Source of the DNA: Candidatus Latescibacterota bacterium
GTDB taxonomy: Bacteria > Latescibacterota > UBA2968 > UBA8231
Direction of reading: 5' to 3'
DNA: 64,000 bases
Assembly (NCBI GenBank): GCA_965204725.1
Contig: OZ242005.1
Location: 4,816,079-4,880,078 of the forward strand
The position numbers and the translations under genes are program-made. Each line of letters starts with the position of its first letter. The first letter of the stretch is position 1. Shown here piece by piece: positions 16,970-26,968 of the stretch. Below the pieces are notes generated by a model. That model was not told the origin of the DNA. It was given only the letters and a program-made list of their open reading frames with translations, and did no database searches.

Positions 16970-19900
16970 TCAGTTTTTGACCGCAAAGAGGATTTTGTAG
17001 AGCACCGGCACGAACAGCAAGGTGATCACAGTGGCAAAGAGCAAGCCTACCATGATGGCCACCGCCATTGACTCCCACATCAGCCCGCCGCCCAAATAGA
17101 GGGGAACAAGCCCCAGCGTCGTCGTGCAGCTAGTCAGCAAGATGGGACGAAAACGCTGCTGGGCCGCGGCGACAATCGCTTCTATGGGCTTTTTGCCGGA
17201 TTGGTCCAGTTCGATTTGTATGCGATCTAAGAGCACAATGGCATTGTTGATAACGATACCGGCCAGCGAGATCAATCCAAGAAAGGCGAAAAAACCAAAA
17301 GACGCGCGGAAGATGAGCAGTCCGGCGACGACCCCGATCAGGCCGAGGGGAATCGTGCTCAGCACAATAAAGGTCTTGCGGAATGAGTTGAACTGAACAA
17401 CCAACAGCATCAAAATGATAAAGCCGGACAGAGGCAGCTTGGCGATGACCGCGCCTAGGGCCTCGCCGCTCTGCTCCGACTCGCCGCCTAGCGCGTAGCG
17501 ATAGCCCTGCTTCCAAGACTTGCTGTCTTCTTGGAGCCAAGGGACGAGCGCGTTGGTGACATCCTGTGCTGTAAAACCACTTTTGGCATCGCAGGTCACG
17601 GTCAAAGTGCGGTACAGACCGCGCCGTTTGATCTTGGCGAATTGCCACTGGGGCACAATCTGCGCCACTTGTCCTAGGGGCACGTTTTGGCCCGATCCTT
17701 GGGCGTAGATGTTGATGCTCTCCAGTTGGCGCACATCGACGTTCTGACTGCTTTCGTTGCGCAGGACAATGGGGATACTCTGGTCGCCCTCGCGGAAAGC
17801 ACCCGTATTGAATCCCGCCAGCCCGATCTGCAACGAAAGGGCAATGTCTTGATTGGTTAGGCCGGCATTCTGGGTCTTGGACTGGTCGATGTCAACAGCG
17901 ACCTTTTTGATTTTAGGCCCCCAATCGTCGCCGATGTTCTGCGTACTAGGTAGTTCGTTGAGCTTTTGCTTGACGCGCTCGGCGAGGCCAAACAGTTCGC
18001 TGGGGTCCGGCCCGGTTATCCGCACGGCCACATCTGTGCCACCGCCGCCGCCGCCCGCCAACGTTGAAACCCGGACCTCGGCGTCTGGAAAGGAGCGGAA
18101 GCAAAAGGCGTCTAGGCGGTCAATTACCCACTGGTTATCGTCGCCCGAACTGGTATTGATCAGCAGATGGGCATACCCCGAATTGGCTTCACCCGGCTGA
18201 TACCCTTGGTCGTAGGAGGGCGGCCCTTCGCCGACAAAGGTCGCCCAGTCCGTTACGCCGCGCGGCCGGTGGGTGTTCACCAAGAGGCTATCCGCAATAT
18301 GCGATTCGAGCCGTTCTACCCGAGCGGCCGTCGTCTCAATTTTGGTGCCCAAGGGCAAGTTCAGATTGATGGTCAACAGGTTGCGTTCGCTGTCGGGAAA
18401 AAAGACGAACGGCAAAAAACCAAAGCCAAAAAGCGACAAGACAAACAAACCAGCGATGATCGCCGTGAACGAATAGGGACGCTTGAGGGCCTTGAGGAGC
18501 AACCCTTTATACTGGCCATTGAGGCGGTCGATAAAGGTGCTTTGCCCAGCCTGAGATCCCTGCTGTTTCACCCGGATGAAAAACACCGCCAGCAAAGCGA
18601 CCATGGTCAGGGAGAGCAACCAAGAAGAGAGCAGGGCTATGGAAATCACACTGAAAAGCGGCCCCACGATCTCGCCCATGGTGGACTTGGCTAAGAAGAA
18701 GGACAAGAAGGCGGCCGAAGTGGTCAGCGAAGAGACCAAGAGCGGTACGGCCAGTTCCCGCGTCGATTCGATGGCCGCCGCTCGGGCGTCGGTGCCCTTT
18801 TCCATCTTGACCACAATCGCTTCGGACACCACGATGGCGTTATCCACCAACATGCCCAATGCCATGATCAGCGCGGCCAGCGACACTTGGTTGAGACCGA
18901 TATTGAGCAAACCCATGATGAAGAGGGTCGAGACAATGGTCATGGGAATGAGGCTAGCCACCACTAGGCCGGTGCGCAGCCCCAAAAAAAGCAGCATGGA
19001 CAACAGCACCACGGCGACGCTTTGCAAAAGATTGCTGGTGAAGTTGGTGACCGATTTCGCGACCTCAAAATCTTGGGAGGCCACTCGGTTGAAGGTTATC
19101 CCCAAAGGCAACCGCGCTTGGTGGAGGGCTACGAGTTGGTCGATCTCCTTGCCCAACTTGATGATGTTGGCCCCTTTGCTGAGTGCGACCGAGAGCGACA
19201 GCCCCGGCTGACCGTTGATTTTAACTAGGTGTTGTTGAGGGGTTTGGTATGCTCGCACGATGCGGGTTATATCGCCGAGGGCCACGCTTCCGGCCTTGCC
19301 GACCTCGATCAACGTCCTCCCCAGATCTTCCAGATCGGCGTAACTGCCGGTCGGTTCGAGCACGAGGCGTTCATCCTCTAGGCTGACCTCGCCGCCGGAA
19401 AAAACGATGTTGGTACTGGCGATGCTGTTTTTGATCTTTTGCGCCGAAAGGCCCAGTTCGGCCAGCCGAGCGTCGTTGAATTGCAGGTAGATCCGCTCCT
19501 CTTGGATGCCACTTATTTTTACTGCGGCCGCGTCGGGTAGCTTGATCAGGTCGTCGCGCAGGTCTCGGGCGTAAGCCTTGAGCTCGGCAAAGGTGAAACC
19601 ATCTCCTGTTAGGCCGATCACAATGCCGTACACCATTCCGATCCCATCGTCCTTGACCTCCGGGCCTTGTATGCCTTCGGGCAAGTTCGAGCGGATGGTC
19701 TCGATTTTGCGGCGCAAGCGGTCCCATACGGCTTGGAGTTTGTCCGGCGGCACTTCCTGTTTGAGCGTTACCGACACTATCGACAGCCCGGTCCGCGACT
19801 CACTGGTGACGGTTTTCAGCTCGGGCAATTCTTGCGCGACTTCTTCGATCTTGCTGGTGATCAGGGCTTCGACTCGCTCGGGGCCTGCGCCGGGAAAGCG

Positions 19901-20047
19901 CGTTACCACCGAGGCGACGCGAATGGTGTACGGGGGCATGCTGTCGCGCGGCATCGTCTGATAGCCAGCCAAGCCCAGCAGCACGACGACGAGCAAGGCC
20001 ACGATGGTGACGCGATTGTTTTCTAAGACGATTTGGGTGAGGTTCAT
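16970..20047 (-). CDS. RND efflux transporter, inner-membrane permease (AcrB-like)
   Basis: 1025 aa with a 12-TM/two-large-loop layout and typical blocks (LGMLVDNAIVVSE, GIVINNAIVLLD). Confidence 0.9.
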   Translation of the reverse strand: MNLTQIVLENNRVTIVALLVVVLLGLAGYQTMPRDSMPPYTIRVASVVTRFPGAGPERVEALITSKIEEVAQELPELKTVTSESRTGLSIVSVTLKQEVPPDKLQAVWDRLRRKIETIRSNLPEGIQGPEVKDDGIGMVYGIVIGLTGDGFTFAELKAYARDLRDDLIKLPDAAAVKISGIQEERIYLQFNDARLAELGLSAQKIKNSIASTNIVFSGGEVSLEDERLVLEPTGSYADLEDLGRTLIEVGKAGSVALGDITRIVRAYQTPQQHLVKINGQPGLSLSVALSKGANIIKLGKEIDQLVALHQARLPLGITFNRVASQDFEVAKSVTNFTSNLLQSVAVVLLSMLLFLGLRTGLVVASLIPMTIVSTLFIMGLLNIGLNQVSLAALIMALGMLVDNAIVVSEAIVVKMEKGTDARAAAIESTRELAVPLLVSSLTTSAAFLSFFLAKSTMGEIVGPLFSVISIALLSSWLLSLTMVALLAVFFIRVKQQGSQAGQSTFIDRLNGQYKGLLLKALKRPYSFTAIIAGLFVLSLFGFGFLPFVFFPDSERNLLTINLNLPLGTKIETTAARVERLESHIADSLLVNTHRPRGVTDWATFVGEGPPSYDQGYQPGEANSGYAHLLINTSSGDDNQWVIDRLDAFCFRSFPDAEVRVSTLAGGGGGGTDVAVRITGPDPSELFGLAERVKQKLNELPSTQNIGDDWGPKIKKVAVDIDQSKTQNAGLTNQDIALSLQIGLAGFNTGAFREGDQSIPIVLRNESSQNVDVRQLESINIYAQGSGQNVPLGQVAQIVPQWQFAKIKRRGLYRTLTVTCDAKSGFTAQDVTNALVPWLQEDSKSWKQGYRYALGGESEQSGEALGAVIAKLPLSGFIILMLLVVQFNSFRKTFIVLSTIPLGLIGVVAGLLIFRASFGFFAFLGLISLAGIVINNAIVLLDRIQIELDQSGKKPIEAIVAAAQQRFRPILLTSCTTTLGLVPLYLGGGLMWESMAVAIMVGLLFATVITLLFVPVLYKILFAVKN

Positions 20048-20078
20048 AGTATGATTTCTGTTCGGGACCGGGCGCGTT

Positions 20079-21185
20079 TCACTCCTCCAAAAGGCGCACC
20101 TTCATCCCGTTCAAGAGCGATCTGAGGCCCGCCGTTGCGACCAACTCCCGTTCAGCAAGCCCTTCTTCCACGACAAAGCCGTCTGCCAACAGTTTGCCGA
20201 TGCGGATCGGCCGTCGGCGGACAGTGCCCAAGCCCTCGGCGACCTCGTCGATGACAAAGACATATTGGCCTTTGGCGTCTTCCCCGACTGCTTTGACCGG
20301 CACCACGAGCGGGTCCGATGGCCCATCGGTGCCAAAGCGAAATTCCACCTCGCCGGCCATCCCGGGCCGGATGGCGGGAGCGGGAGCGTTGAGCCGCACG
20401 ATGACCGGGTACGTGCTGGAAGCGTCGAGTGCGTAGGATATTTCGCGGACCCGAGCCGCAAAATCCAAGCCGGGCAGGGCGGAAAAACGCACACTTACCG
20501 GCTCGCCGGTCTGGATTTGGGCGATATAGCCTTCGGGCACCCCTACCCTCATTTCAATGTCCTCACCCGCGCTCAACTCCACCAAGGGCGCACCGGCTTG
20601 GATCACTTCGTTGACCTCGTTGTGAATCGCGGTGACGATGCCGGCGACCGGGGCGTATATCTCGTTGTACCCGAGTTGGCGCTCTTGCAAATCCAAACTC
20701 TTCTGGGCCGATTCGTAACTAGACGTGGCCGAGGCAAAGCCGTTTTTAGCCTGTTCGTATTCGGCGAGGGAGACATTGTTGGCTTGGTAGAGCTGCCGTA
20801 CGCGAATGAGCCTAGACTGGGCATTGGCCTTTTGCACGCGGGCGTTTTCTAGCGCGGCCTTGGCTCGTTGATGCGCCAAGACGGCGTCGCGGTTGTCGAG
20901 GGTGGCAATGCGCTGACCTGCTTTGACTTGATCGCCCACCTTGACGCCGATCGATTCGATGAGGCCGCCCGTTCTAAAGCTGAGTTTGGCTTCGATACCC
21001 GCTTTGGCGGTTCCGGCAAAACGCTGGCTCTGGACAGTGCTGGCAGGATGGACTGCGGCGTATTTTACCGGGCGAATCGGTTCGGCGACCTGCGGTTCGT
21101 CGCCACAACCAACCCACAGGCCCAGCGCCAAAAGATAGCTCCCAACCGCTGCAAAATTCCGCTTTGGCATAATACCTCGCTTCAC
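20079..21185 (-). CDS. RND periplasmic adaptor (membrane fusion protein), lipoprotein
   Basis: Lipobox LWVGC, then coiled-coil, lipoyl and beta-barrel pattern. It overlaps the upstream TolC-like stop by 4 nt. Confidence 0.85.
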   Translation of the reverse strand: MKRGIMPKRNFAAVGSYLLALGLWVGCGDEPQVAEPIRPVKYAAVHPASTVQSQRFAGTAKAGIEAKLSFRTGGLIESIGVKVGDQVKAGQRIATLDNRDAVLAHQRAKAALENARVQKANAQSRLIRVRQLYQANNVSLAEYEQAKNGFASATSSYESAQKSLDLQERQLGYNEIYAPVAGIVTAIHNEVNEVIQAGAPLVELSAGEDIEMRVGVPEGYIAQIQTGEPVSVRFSALPGLDFAARVREISYALDASSTYPVIVRLNAPAPAIRPGMAGEVEFRFGTDGPSDPLVVPVKAVGEDAKGQYVFVIDEVAEGLGTVRRRPIRIGKLLADGFVVEEGLAERELVATAGLRSLLNGMKVRLLEE

Positions 21186-23566
21186 GGTGCATTTTTTCTT
21201 TTGGAGAAGAAGGCCGTCAAGCGCCCGACAAAGGCCTCCTGCTCCTCTGAAGTCATGAACATGGTGTACGCCCCGATGCTGTTTTCCAACTGTAGATAGC
21301 TGACCAAGTATTCATAAACGGCTCTGGCCTCGGCTTGGCGGGCAGAAAGGGCGGCGCGTTGGGCATCCACCAGTTGGGCGATTTCGAGTTGGCCTTTTTG
21401 GTAGGCTTCCTGCACTAGCTCAAAGTTCTTTTGCGCGCTGGTCGCCGCGACCTCGGCAAAGTATAGGTTGGTCCGCCTAGACACCAAGTTTGCCATCCGC
21501 ACCCGGACGGCCTCGGCGAGCTGCTGGCGCAAACCCTCTTCTTGGAGGCGGAGTTGCTGCTGCTGGATCGCGGTCTGATCGATGGCGATCTTGCGCTGAT
21601 TGCCCTGAAAGAGCGGGTACGTGAATTGAAGGGATAGGTTCCAAGTGGCATCAATGGGAGCGGGGGCGGGCGGCGGCATCCCCTTGCCAGCGCGCCAGAA
21701 TGTGTAGTCAGCCTGCCCCCGCAAGGCCACGGTCGGCAGGTAGTACAGCCGGCGGTTCATGGCCTGCTGGCGGTTGGCTACTTTCATGTTGGCCGCTAGC
21801 TGTTTGAGCGAAGGCATGTTTTTAAGCGCCTCTTCAACGAGAAAGTCGGTCAGGATCTCTACGTCGCTGGTGCGGTCGAGCAGGCGGTCGATGCGGGTCG
21901 GGTCGAAACGACTAAAGAGATCGTCGGAAAGCCGGGCATCCTCCACCTCGAACTCCTCGCCGATATCCGCTCGGTGGAGCAAGCGGTTGAGCCGCACTTG
22001 GGCTAGGTAGAGGTTGTTGAAGGCCTCAATCGAGGCTTGGGTGGCCCGGGCCACCTCGCTCTCCCAGCGGAATACATCGGCTACGCCAGCATAGCCAACG
22101 GCATTGCGGGTGCGGGCGATCTTCAAGTTGCTGCGCGAGGCTTCGAGGTTCTCCTCCCCAATCCGCACTCCGGTCTTGGCTAGCAGGATATTGAAGTAGG
22201 CTGTCGCTAGATTCAGCACCAAGTCCAGCGCGACTAGATCGGCTTGATGGCGGGCAGCCTCCGCGAGGTAGCGCTGGATTTGGACGTTGGCCAAGACCGA
22301 CTCGGAAAACACTATCTGCCGCACAGTACCCGTACCCGCGCCGGTGCGCTCGGGCTGCTGGCCCAAGGCGCGCTCGGCGACCGCTGGGTCCCTCTGCAAC
22401 AGGGTGGCTGAGGTCTCTACGGTCGGCAAGAGGGACGACTGGGCGCGGCGCACATTTTGGTCGGCCAAATCGACTTTGTGCTTTTCAATGCGGAGGTCGA
22501 GGTTGCGCTGCAAGCCCTCTGCGATGATCGCTCGTAAGCTCAAGCGGCGATCGGTAACGGGTTCGTCGGCTTTGAGTAAGCGGGCAGAAAACAGCGTTGC
22601 AAAAGAGAGGTCGAGACCGATCTGTCGGGTCGTTCTATCATTCAGGACCCATTGCTCGTCGAGGTTGCGTCGCACAGGTATCGCCGCCAGCTCCTCTCCG
22701 AGCACAACCCCTTCGACGATTAGGGCTAGGTTGCGCAAAATTTGGTCTCGGCCGTTCTCGTCGCCGATACAGGCCATCAGCCCCACATCTACATAAGACC
22801 GGCTCATGGCAAAGGAAGGCAGCTTGCGCTCGACAAGAGACTCAGCCAGCAGGGCGACCTCTTCGGGGGAACGCTCAAAGACCATCGCCAGATAGACCGC
22901 ATCGACCGCGTCGCTCAGCACCGGGAGGGCCGCTTCCTCATCCCAAAAAACCACCTCTACTTGGCTCCCATACAGCGCGGCGAGGCGGTCGAAGAAGCCC
23001 GCAAAATCCAGCGTACCTCTCAGGTTTTCACTGACGATGACGGCTAGATGCGAAAAGGGGTGGATGCGGTGGAGTGCCGCCAAGTCCTCGGCGATCGGGT
23101 GGGTACTGAGAACGTACGTAAAGTTGCGTACCCCGGAGACGCCGGGCTCGACGAGGGGCATCTGCTGTAACTCCACGTCTAGCACCCCCACGGCGATCGT
23201 TGGTTTGGGCAGGTCGCCTTGGGCGGCCAGCATCGCAGCAGTGGCCGGCCCGGCGGCGAGGATCAGATCGACCTTTGGGTCATTGGCTAGGGACAGATAG
23301 TCTTGGTAGTCGGCGGAGAAACGCAAATGCTCGGGGAGGAAATGGACCGACTTATGGACCCCTAGCACCTTGTGGATTTCCTCTTGCAAAGGGGCTAGCT
23401 CGCGCTCGGCATTAGCCGTCTCGGCCGCAAAATCGAGCAGTAGCCCGATGTAGAGGTCGCTCTTTTCGATTTGGGCGTACGTCGGCGGTACTAGGCCCAT
23501 GATCAGAACGACGGATATAGCTATAGCAGTCCTAAATGACTTGAAGCATGGAATGTTGATCGGCAC
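21182..23566 (-). CDS. TolC-family outer-membrane efflux protein with a roughly 330-aa N-terminal periplasmic-binding-protein-like extension
   Basis: Signal peptide AIAISVVLIMGLVPPTYAQ. Residues from about 340 to 794 show the duplicated TolC coiled-coil/beta pattern. The preceding roughly 330 aa look like an ABC substrate-binding-type alpha/beta domain. GTG start. Confidence 0.75.
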   Translation of the reverse strand: MPINIPCFKSFRTAIAISVVLIMGLVPPTYAQIEKSDLYIGLLLDFAAETANAERELAPLQEEIHKVLGVHKSVHFLPEHLRFSADYQDYLSLANDPKVDLILAAGPATAAMLAAQGDLPKPTIAVGVLDVELQQMPLVEPGVSGVRNFTYVLSTHPIAEDLAALHRIHPFSHLAVIVSENLRGTLDFAGFFDRLAALYGSQVEVVFWDEEAALPVLSDAVDAVYLAMVFERSPEEVALLAESLVERKLPSFAMSRSYVDVGLMACIGDENGRDQILRNLALIVEGVVLGEELAAIPVRRNLDEQWVLNDRTTRQIGLDLSFATLFSARLLKADEPVTDRRLSLRAIIAEGLQRNLDLRIEKHKVDLADQNVRRAQSSLLPTVETSATLLQRDPAVAERALGQQPERTGAGTGTVRQIVFSESVLANVQIQRYLAEAARHQADLVALDLVLNLATAYFNILLAKTGVRIGEENLEASRSNLKIARTRNAVGYAGVADVFRWESEVARATQASIEAFNNLYLAQVRLNRLLHRADIGEEFEVEDARLSDDLFSRFDPTRIDRLLDRTSDVEILTDFLVEEALKNMPSLKQLAANMKVANRQQAMNRRLYYLPTVALRGQADYTFWRAGKGMPPPAPAPIDATWNLSLQFTYPLFQGNQRKIAIDQTAIQQQQLRLQEEGLRQQLAEAVRVRMANLVSRRTNLYFAEVAATSAQKNFELVQEAYQKGQLEIAQLVDAQRAALSARQAEARAVYEYLVSYLQLENSIGAYTMFMTSEEQEAFVGRLTAFFSKRKNAP

Positions 23567-23590
23567 GGTCTTTTTTACCTATGAGGCGTC

Positions 23591-23637
23591 ATTCCCGTGA
23601 AAGAACGTCACCCCGTGCCCCGACACGGGGCGGGAAT
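23591..23637 (-). repeat. 47-nt nested-hairpin element, copy 1 (second copy at 57879..57924)
   Basis: The outer stem pairs ATTCCCG with CGGGAAT. The inner hairpin is CCCCGTG-6 nt-CACGGGG. Its reverse complement matches 57879-57924 at most positions. Confidence 0.8.
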
Positions 23638-23722
23638 CCAGTCTTGAAGGATGTAGGATTGCTATATTCCCAGCATTGAGTGGTCCACTCCAAATGGTTT
23701 CGTTCGATAGCCGTTGCGCGGT

Positions 23723-24358
23723 CTATGACGTGACGGATATGGCCTGTTTCCGCCACGCTTCGTCGTTCACCTGCCCGACCAGAAAGTCCGCGAGATCAGC
23801 GCGGCTGATATGACCGACTTGGCCCCAAATGGACCGATTTGTCGGCATATTGTTGACGGAGTAATCTCCCGAGGCCGGTTCGTCTTTCAAAATGGCGGCG
23901 CGCACAATCGTCCAGTTGAGGGTGCTGGCCCTGACGACCGCTTCCTGCGCCTCGTGGTCGGCGTAGATGTTTCGCAGCAGCGTCCTGTACAGCAGGCGTG
24001 CAAACCACGAGACCTGCCCCCAGCTTTCTCCCACTCCTGCGGCGGACACCACGACGAGACGCCCGACGTGGTGTTGGGTCATGCCGTCCACGACGTTCCG
24101 CGTACCAGCGGTGAGGGTGGCCTTGTCGCGCAGGCCGTTGCTGCCCAAGGCGACAATCGCCGCGTCGTGACCGGCGACCGCTGAGGCGACCGACTCGGCG
24201 TCCGTGACGTCGCCCTGAACGACGCGTACGCTGGAATCGCCGCGGTTAATTTTGTCCACCGAGCGTGCGAAGGCCGTGACGTCGTGCCCCTGTTCGAGTG
24301 CCTGCCGCCAGACGTGCTGCCCGGTTTTCCCCGTCGCACCAAAGACGATGATCTTCAT
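23723..24358 (-). CDS. NAD(P)H-binding protein (NmrA/flavin reductase-like atypical SDR)
   Basis: N-terminus MKIIVFGATGKTGQHVWRQALEQGHDVTAFARS. Confidence 0.85.
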   Translation of the reverse strand: MKIIVFGATGKTGQHVWRQALEQGHDVTAFARSVDKINRGDSSVRVVQGDVTDAESVASAVAGHDAAIVALGSNGLRDKATLTAGTRNVVDGMTQHHVGRLVVVSAAGVGESWGQVSWFARLLYRTLLRNIYADHEAQEAVVRASTLNWTIVRAAILKDEPASGDYSVNNMPTNRSIWGQVGHISRADLADFLVGQVNDEAWRKQAISVTS

Positions 24359-24494
24359 GGCGATTCTCCTCAGAGGCTGTCTGAAAACCTATGATGTAGT
24401 CCTCATTTGAATCGGCGTATTCATCAAGGCTCTTATGATGAGTACGCCAAGTGGCCAATATGCTACCGACGTAACCGATGCGCAATGGCGGGAA

Positions 24495-26051
24495 CTACCG
24501 GCGGTACTGCAAATAGATTTCCACGTGTTCGACTCGCAGCGGCACCCGCAGCCGTGCGTCGCGTACTAGCACCCGCAGCCGAACTTGGTGGACGCCTCGC
24601 CCTACCTGTGCCGCGGTCAAGCACCAGCAAAGCCAAGCGTTTTCCGACACATCGCTCGGATCGGCCGCATCTTCAGCGGCCGCATCGCGCACCATCGGCG
24701 TCCCCAGCGCGGCCCCGTCCAACAGTGCTTCGATCTGGTCGGCGGGCGACCAATGGGCCATTTCGATCTGCAACTCGGCGGCCGCCAACGGACCCTCGTC
24801 GGCGACGCGGACGTGGAAAATCGGGCCGCTGTCCGTGCGCGTGGGATACAGCGCTACCGGCACCTCGCCGTACAGGCGGTCATCGCGCTCGGCATCCACC
24901 CGGTTCCCGGTCTTGGGGCCGATGCTGCGGTGCAGGGCGGTGTACACTTTGTCCAAGCCGGCCAGCGTTTTTGCCGATCCCATGGTCGTAAGCAACGGGC
25001 GGTGCGTCTGGGCATGGCCGTGCCAGTTGAACGCATGCACGCCGTCGGCCCCGCGCATTAGCTGGTCTTGCGCCAAGCCGCGGAACCAATCCACCCGCCA
25101 CGATTGGTGGGGACGCAGCCGCCGCGCCTGCTGCCGTCCGTCCGAGTCCAAGCCGGCGTAGAAGCGCACGCCATGGGGACGGCACAACTCGACAAAACGC
25201 TCGACCTCGGCTCCGGGGTCGGTCCCCGAATTGCCGCCGCTGATAACCATATCGCACAATCCATCCCGCACCCAAGCCTCGACATCGTAGCCAATGCGGC
25301 CGCAGGCTTCAAAGGTCGTGGCCACCCGCACGGCCACGTGAAAGGGCCGCCCTCGCTCCTCGGCAATCCGGTCGGTCTGCGCCCGCACGGCCCGCATGAG
25401 ATCGGTCAAAACATAGCGCAAGCGGTACGCGTCGTCGGCTGGCAAATGAAAGGCGTGCCGCTGCCAGTCCAATTCAACGCCGTCCCAGTCGGCCAAGCGG
25501 CAGGCCTCGACGACGCGCTGCAAGAGGTGCGTTCGCACTTCGGGGATCGCCATATTCCACGAAGTCGAAGCCCAGCCCGGTGTTTGCTCCTCGCCCAAAA
25601 GCCACTCGGGGTGTTGCTGCCGCAGCGGCGTCAACTCAGCCCGTTGCAAGCCGCCCAGATCCCCCGGGCGCAAATCCCAGAAGTGATTGTCGTTCATGCG
25701 CAGCGATGGCAGCACCGCCATGCCCAGTTCGCGCCCGCGCTGCACTAGCGCCCCGTACAGGTCGTCCCCCCGCTCGAAAAAGGCGCGGATGTTTTCGCTG
25801 TGGCGCATCGTCTGCACCGAATCGTAGCGTCGCTCGGTTGATGCTCCCACCATGTCCAATTGCTGCGAAGGCCAAGGCACTTCGTGGACGCCTACGCACC
25901 AGCATAGCGCACCCACCTGAGTATCGGCCAACGGCGCGTACACTTTGTCGAGGAACTGCGCCAGCGATTGGGGGTACTCGCTGTAGCCGTGGGGTGCGCC
26001 ATCCCAGTTGTACATAATGCCGTAATTGGGCGCGGCCGTTCGCTCTGCCAT
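24495..26051 (-). CDS. Hypothetical protein, possibly TIM-barrel glycosidase-like
   Basis: Long ORF with codon usage like its neighbours. I moved the start to ATG 26051 (MAERTAAPNYG...), preceded by GGAGGAG; the track start at 26084 is TTG. No motif I can name with confidence. Confidence 0.6.
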   Translation of the reverse strand: MAERTAAPNYGIMYNWDGAPHGYSEYPQSLAQFLDKVYAPLADTQVGALCWCVGVHEVPWPSQQLDMVGASTERRYDSVQTMRHSENIRAFFERGDDLYGALVQRGRELGMAVLPSLRMNDNHFWDLRPGDLGGLQRAELTPLRQQHPEWLLGEEQTPGWASTSWNMAIPEVRTHLLQRVVEACRLADWDGVELDWQRHAFHLPADDAYRLRYVLTDLMRAVRAQTDRIAEERGRPFHVAVRVATTFEACGRIGYDVEAWVRDGLCDMVISGGNSGTDPGAEVERFVELCRPHGVRFYAGLDSDGRQQARRLRPHQSWRVDWFRGLAQDQLMRGADGVHAFNWHGHAQTHRPLLTTMGSAKTLAGLDKVYTALHRSIGPKTGNRVDAERDDRLYGEVPVALYPTRTDSGPIFHVRVADEGPLAAAELQIEMAHWSPADQIEALLDGAALGTPMVRDAAAEDAADPSDVSENAWLCWCLTAAQVGRGVHQVRLRVLVRDARLRVPLRVEHVEIYLQYRR

Positions 26052-26120
26052 GGTCTCCTCCAGCGCGTTACGTTGATCCGCCAAGCTACCGGAAACCTAA
26101 CAAAGAGCGGGCTATCACAC

Positions 26121-26968
26121 TAGAAGCTATCTCATAAATAGTCTGGCTGTGCTACGTTAGTGGTATTCCCTTTCGGAGGTATCTCTTATGGATCTTACAG
26201 ACGAACAGTGGTCGATAGTGTCCCCACTGCTGCCGGCGTGTCCCAAACGCCGCGATGGCCGGGGTCGTCCGTGGCGTTGTAACCGAGCGGTGCTCAATGG
26301 TATTCTGTGGATTCTCCGCACCGGGGCGCCTGGGCATGACCTGCCTGCTCGCTATCCGTCCTACCAGACCTGCCATCGTCGATTCCAACAGTGGTCGTCT
26401 GATGGCACCTTTGAACATATTCTGCGCACCCTCGCGCACGACTTGCATGAGCGCGGGGGCCTTGATGTGAGCGAATGCTTCATCGATGGCCTGTTTGTCG
26501 CGGCGAAAAAAGGGGGGACCAAGTGGGTCCGACCAAGCGGGGCAAAGGTACGAAGCTCATGGCAGTGGCAGACCGCGCTGGTCTTCCTATCGCCGTACTC
26601 ATCCAAAGTGCTTCGCCGCACGAAGTCACCCTCGTAGAAGCCACCCTGGAAAACCGATGGGTCCAGCCCCGACCGCAACGACTCATCGGGGACCGAGCCT
26701 ACGACTCGGATCGATTGGATGCGAGCCTGGCCGACCAAGGCATTGAGATGATCGCGCCGCATCGCCGCAATCGTACGCAGGCCAAAACCCAGGACGGGCG
26801 GCGGTTGCGGGGCTACAAAAGACGCTGGAAAATAGAAAGACTGTTTGCTTGGTTGCATAACTTCCGCCGCATCGTGGTTCGATACGAATACTATGCTGAA
26901 AACTACCTCGGCTTTGTACAACTCGGATGCATCCTCATACTGCTACGGTATTTATGAGATAGCTTCTA
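26121..26968 (+). mobile_element. IS5-family insertion sequence (IS427/IS1031-like), copy 1, 848 bp
   Basis: Perfect 20-bp terminal inverted repeats: TAGAAGCTATCTCATAAATA at 26121-26140, and its reverse complement at 26949-26968. Two overlapping transposase frames. TA at both junctions. An identical copy lies at 35986..36833. Confidence 0.9.
26188..26957 (+). CDS. IS5-family DDE transposase, orfA/orfB joined by a probable -1 frameshift
   Basis: orfA is 26188..26637 ([16 protein letters not shown]...RRDGRGRPW, the DUF4096-type N-terminus). orfB frame runs to 26957 ([21 protein letters not shown]...GDRAYDSD...[16 protein letters not shown], the DDE region). An A6G6 run at 26506-26517 sits in the overlap. 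Confidence 0.85.

Noticed and set aside
24411-24448. Hairpin GGCGTATTCATCA-8 nt-ATGATGAGTACGCC, considered as a terminator of the 24495 gene.
   Set aside because: The stem has a mismatch and no U-rich tail follows on the transcribed strand, so it is too weak to list as a feature.
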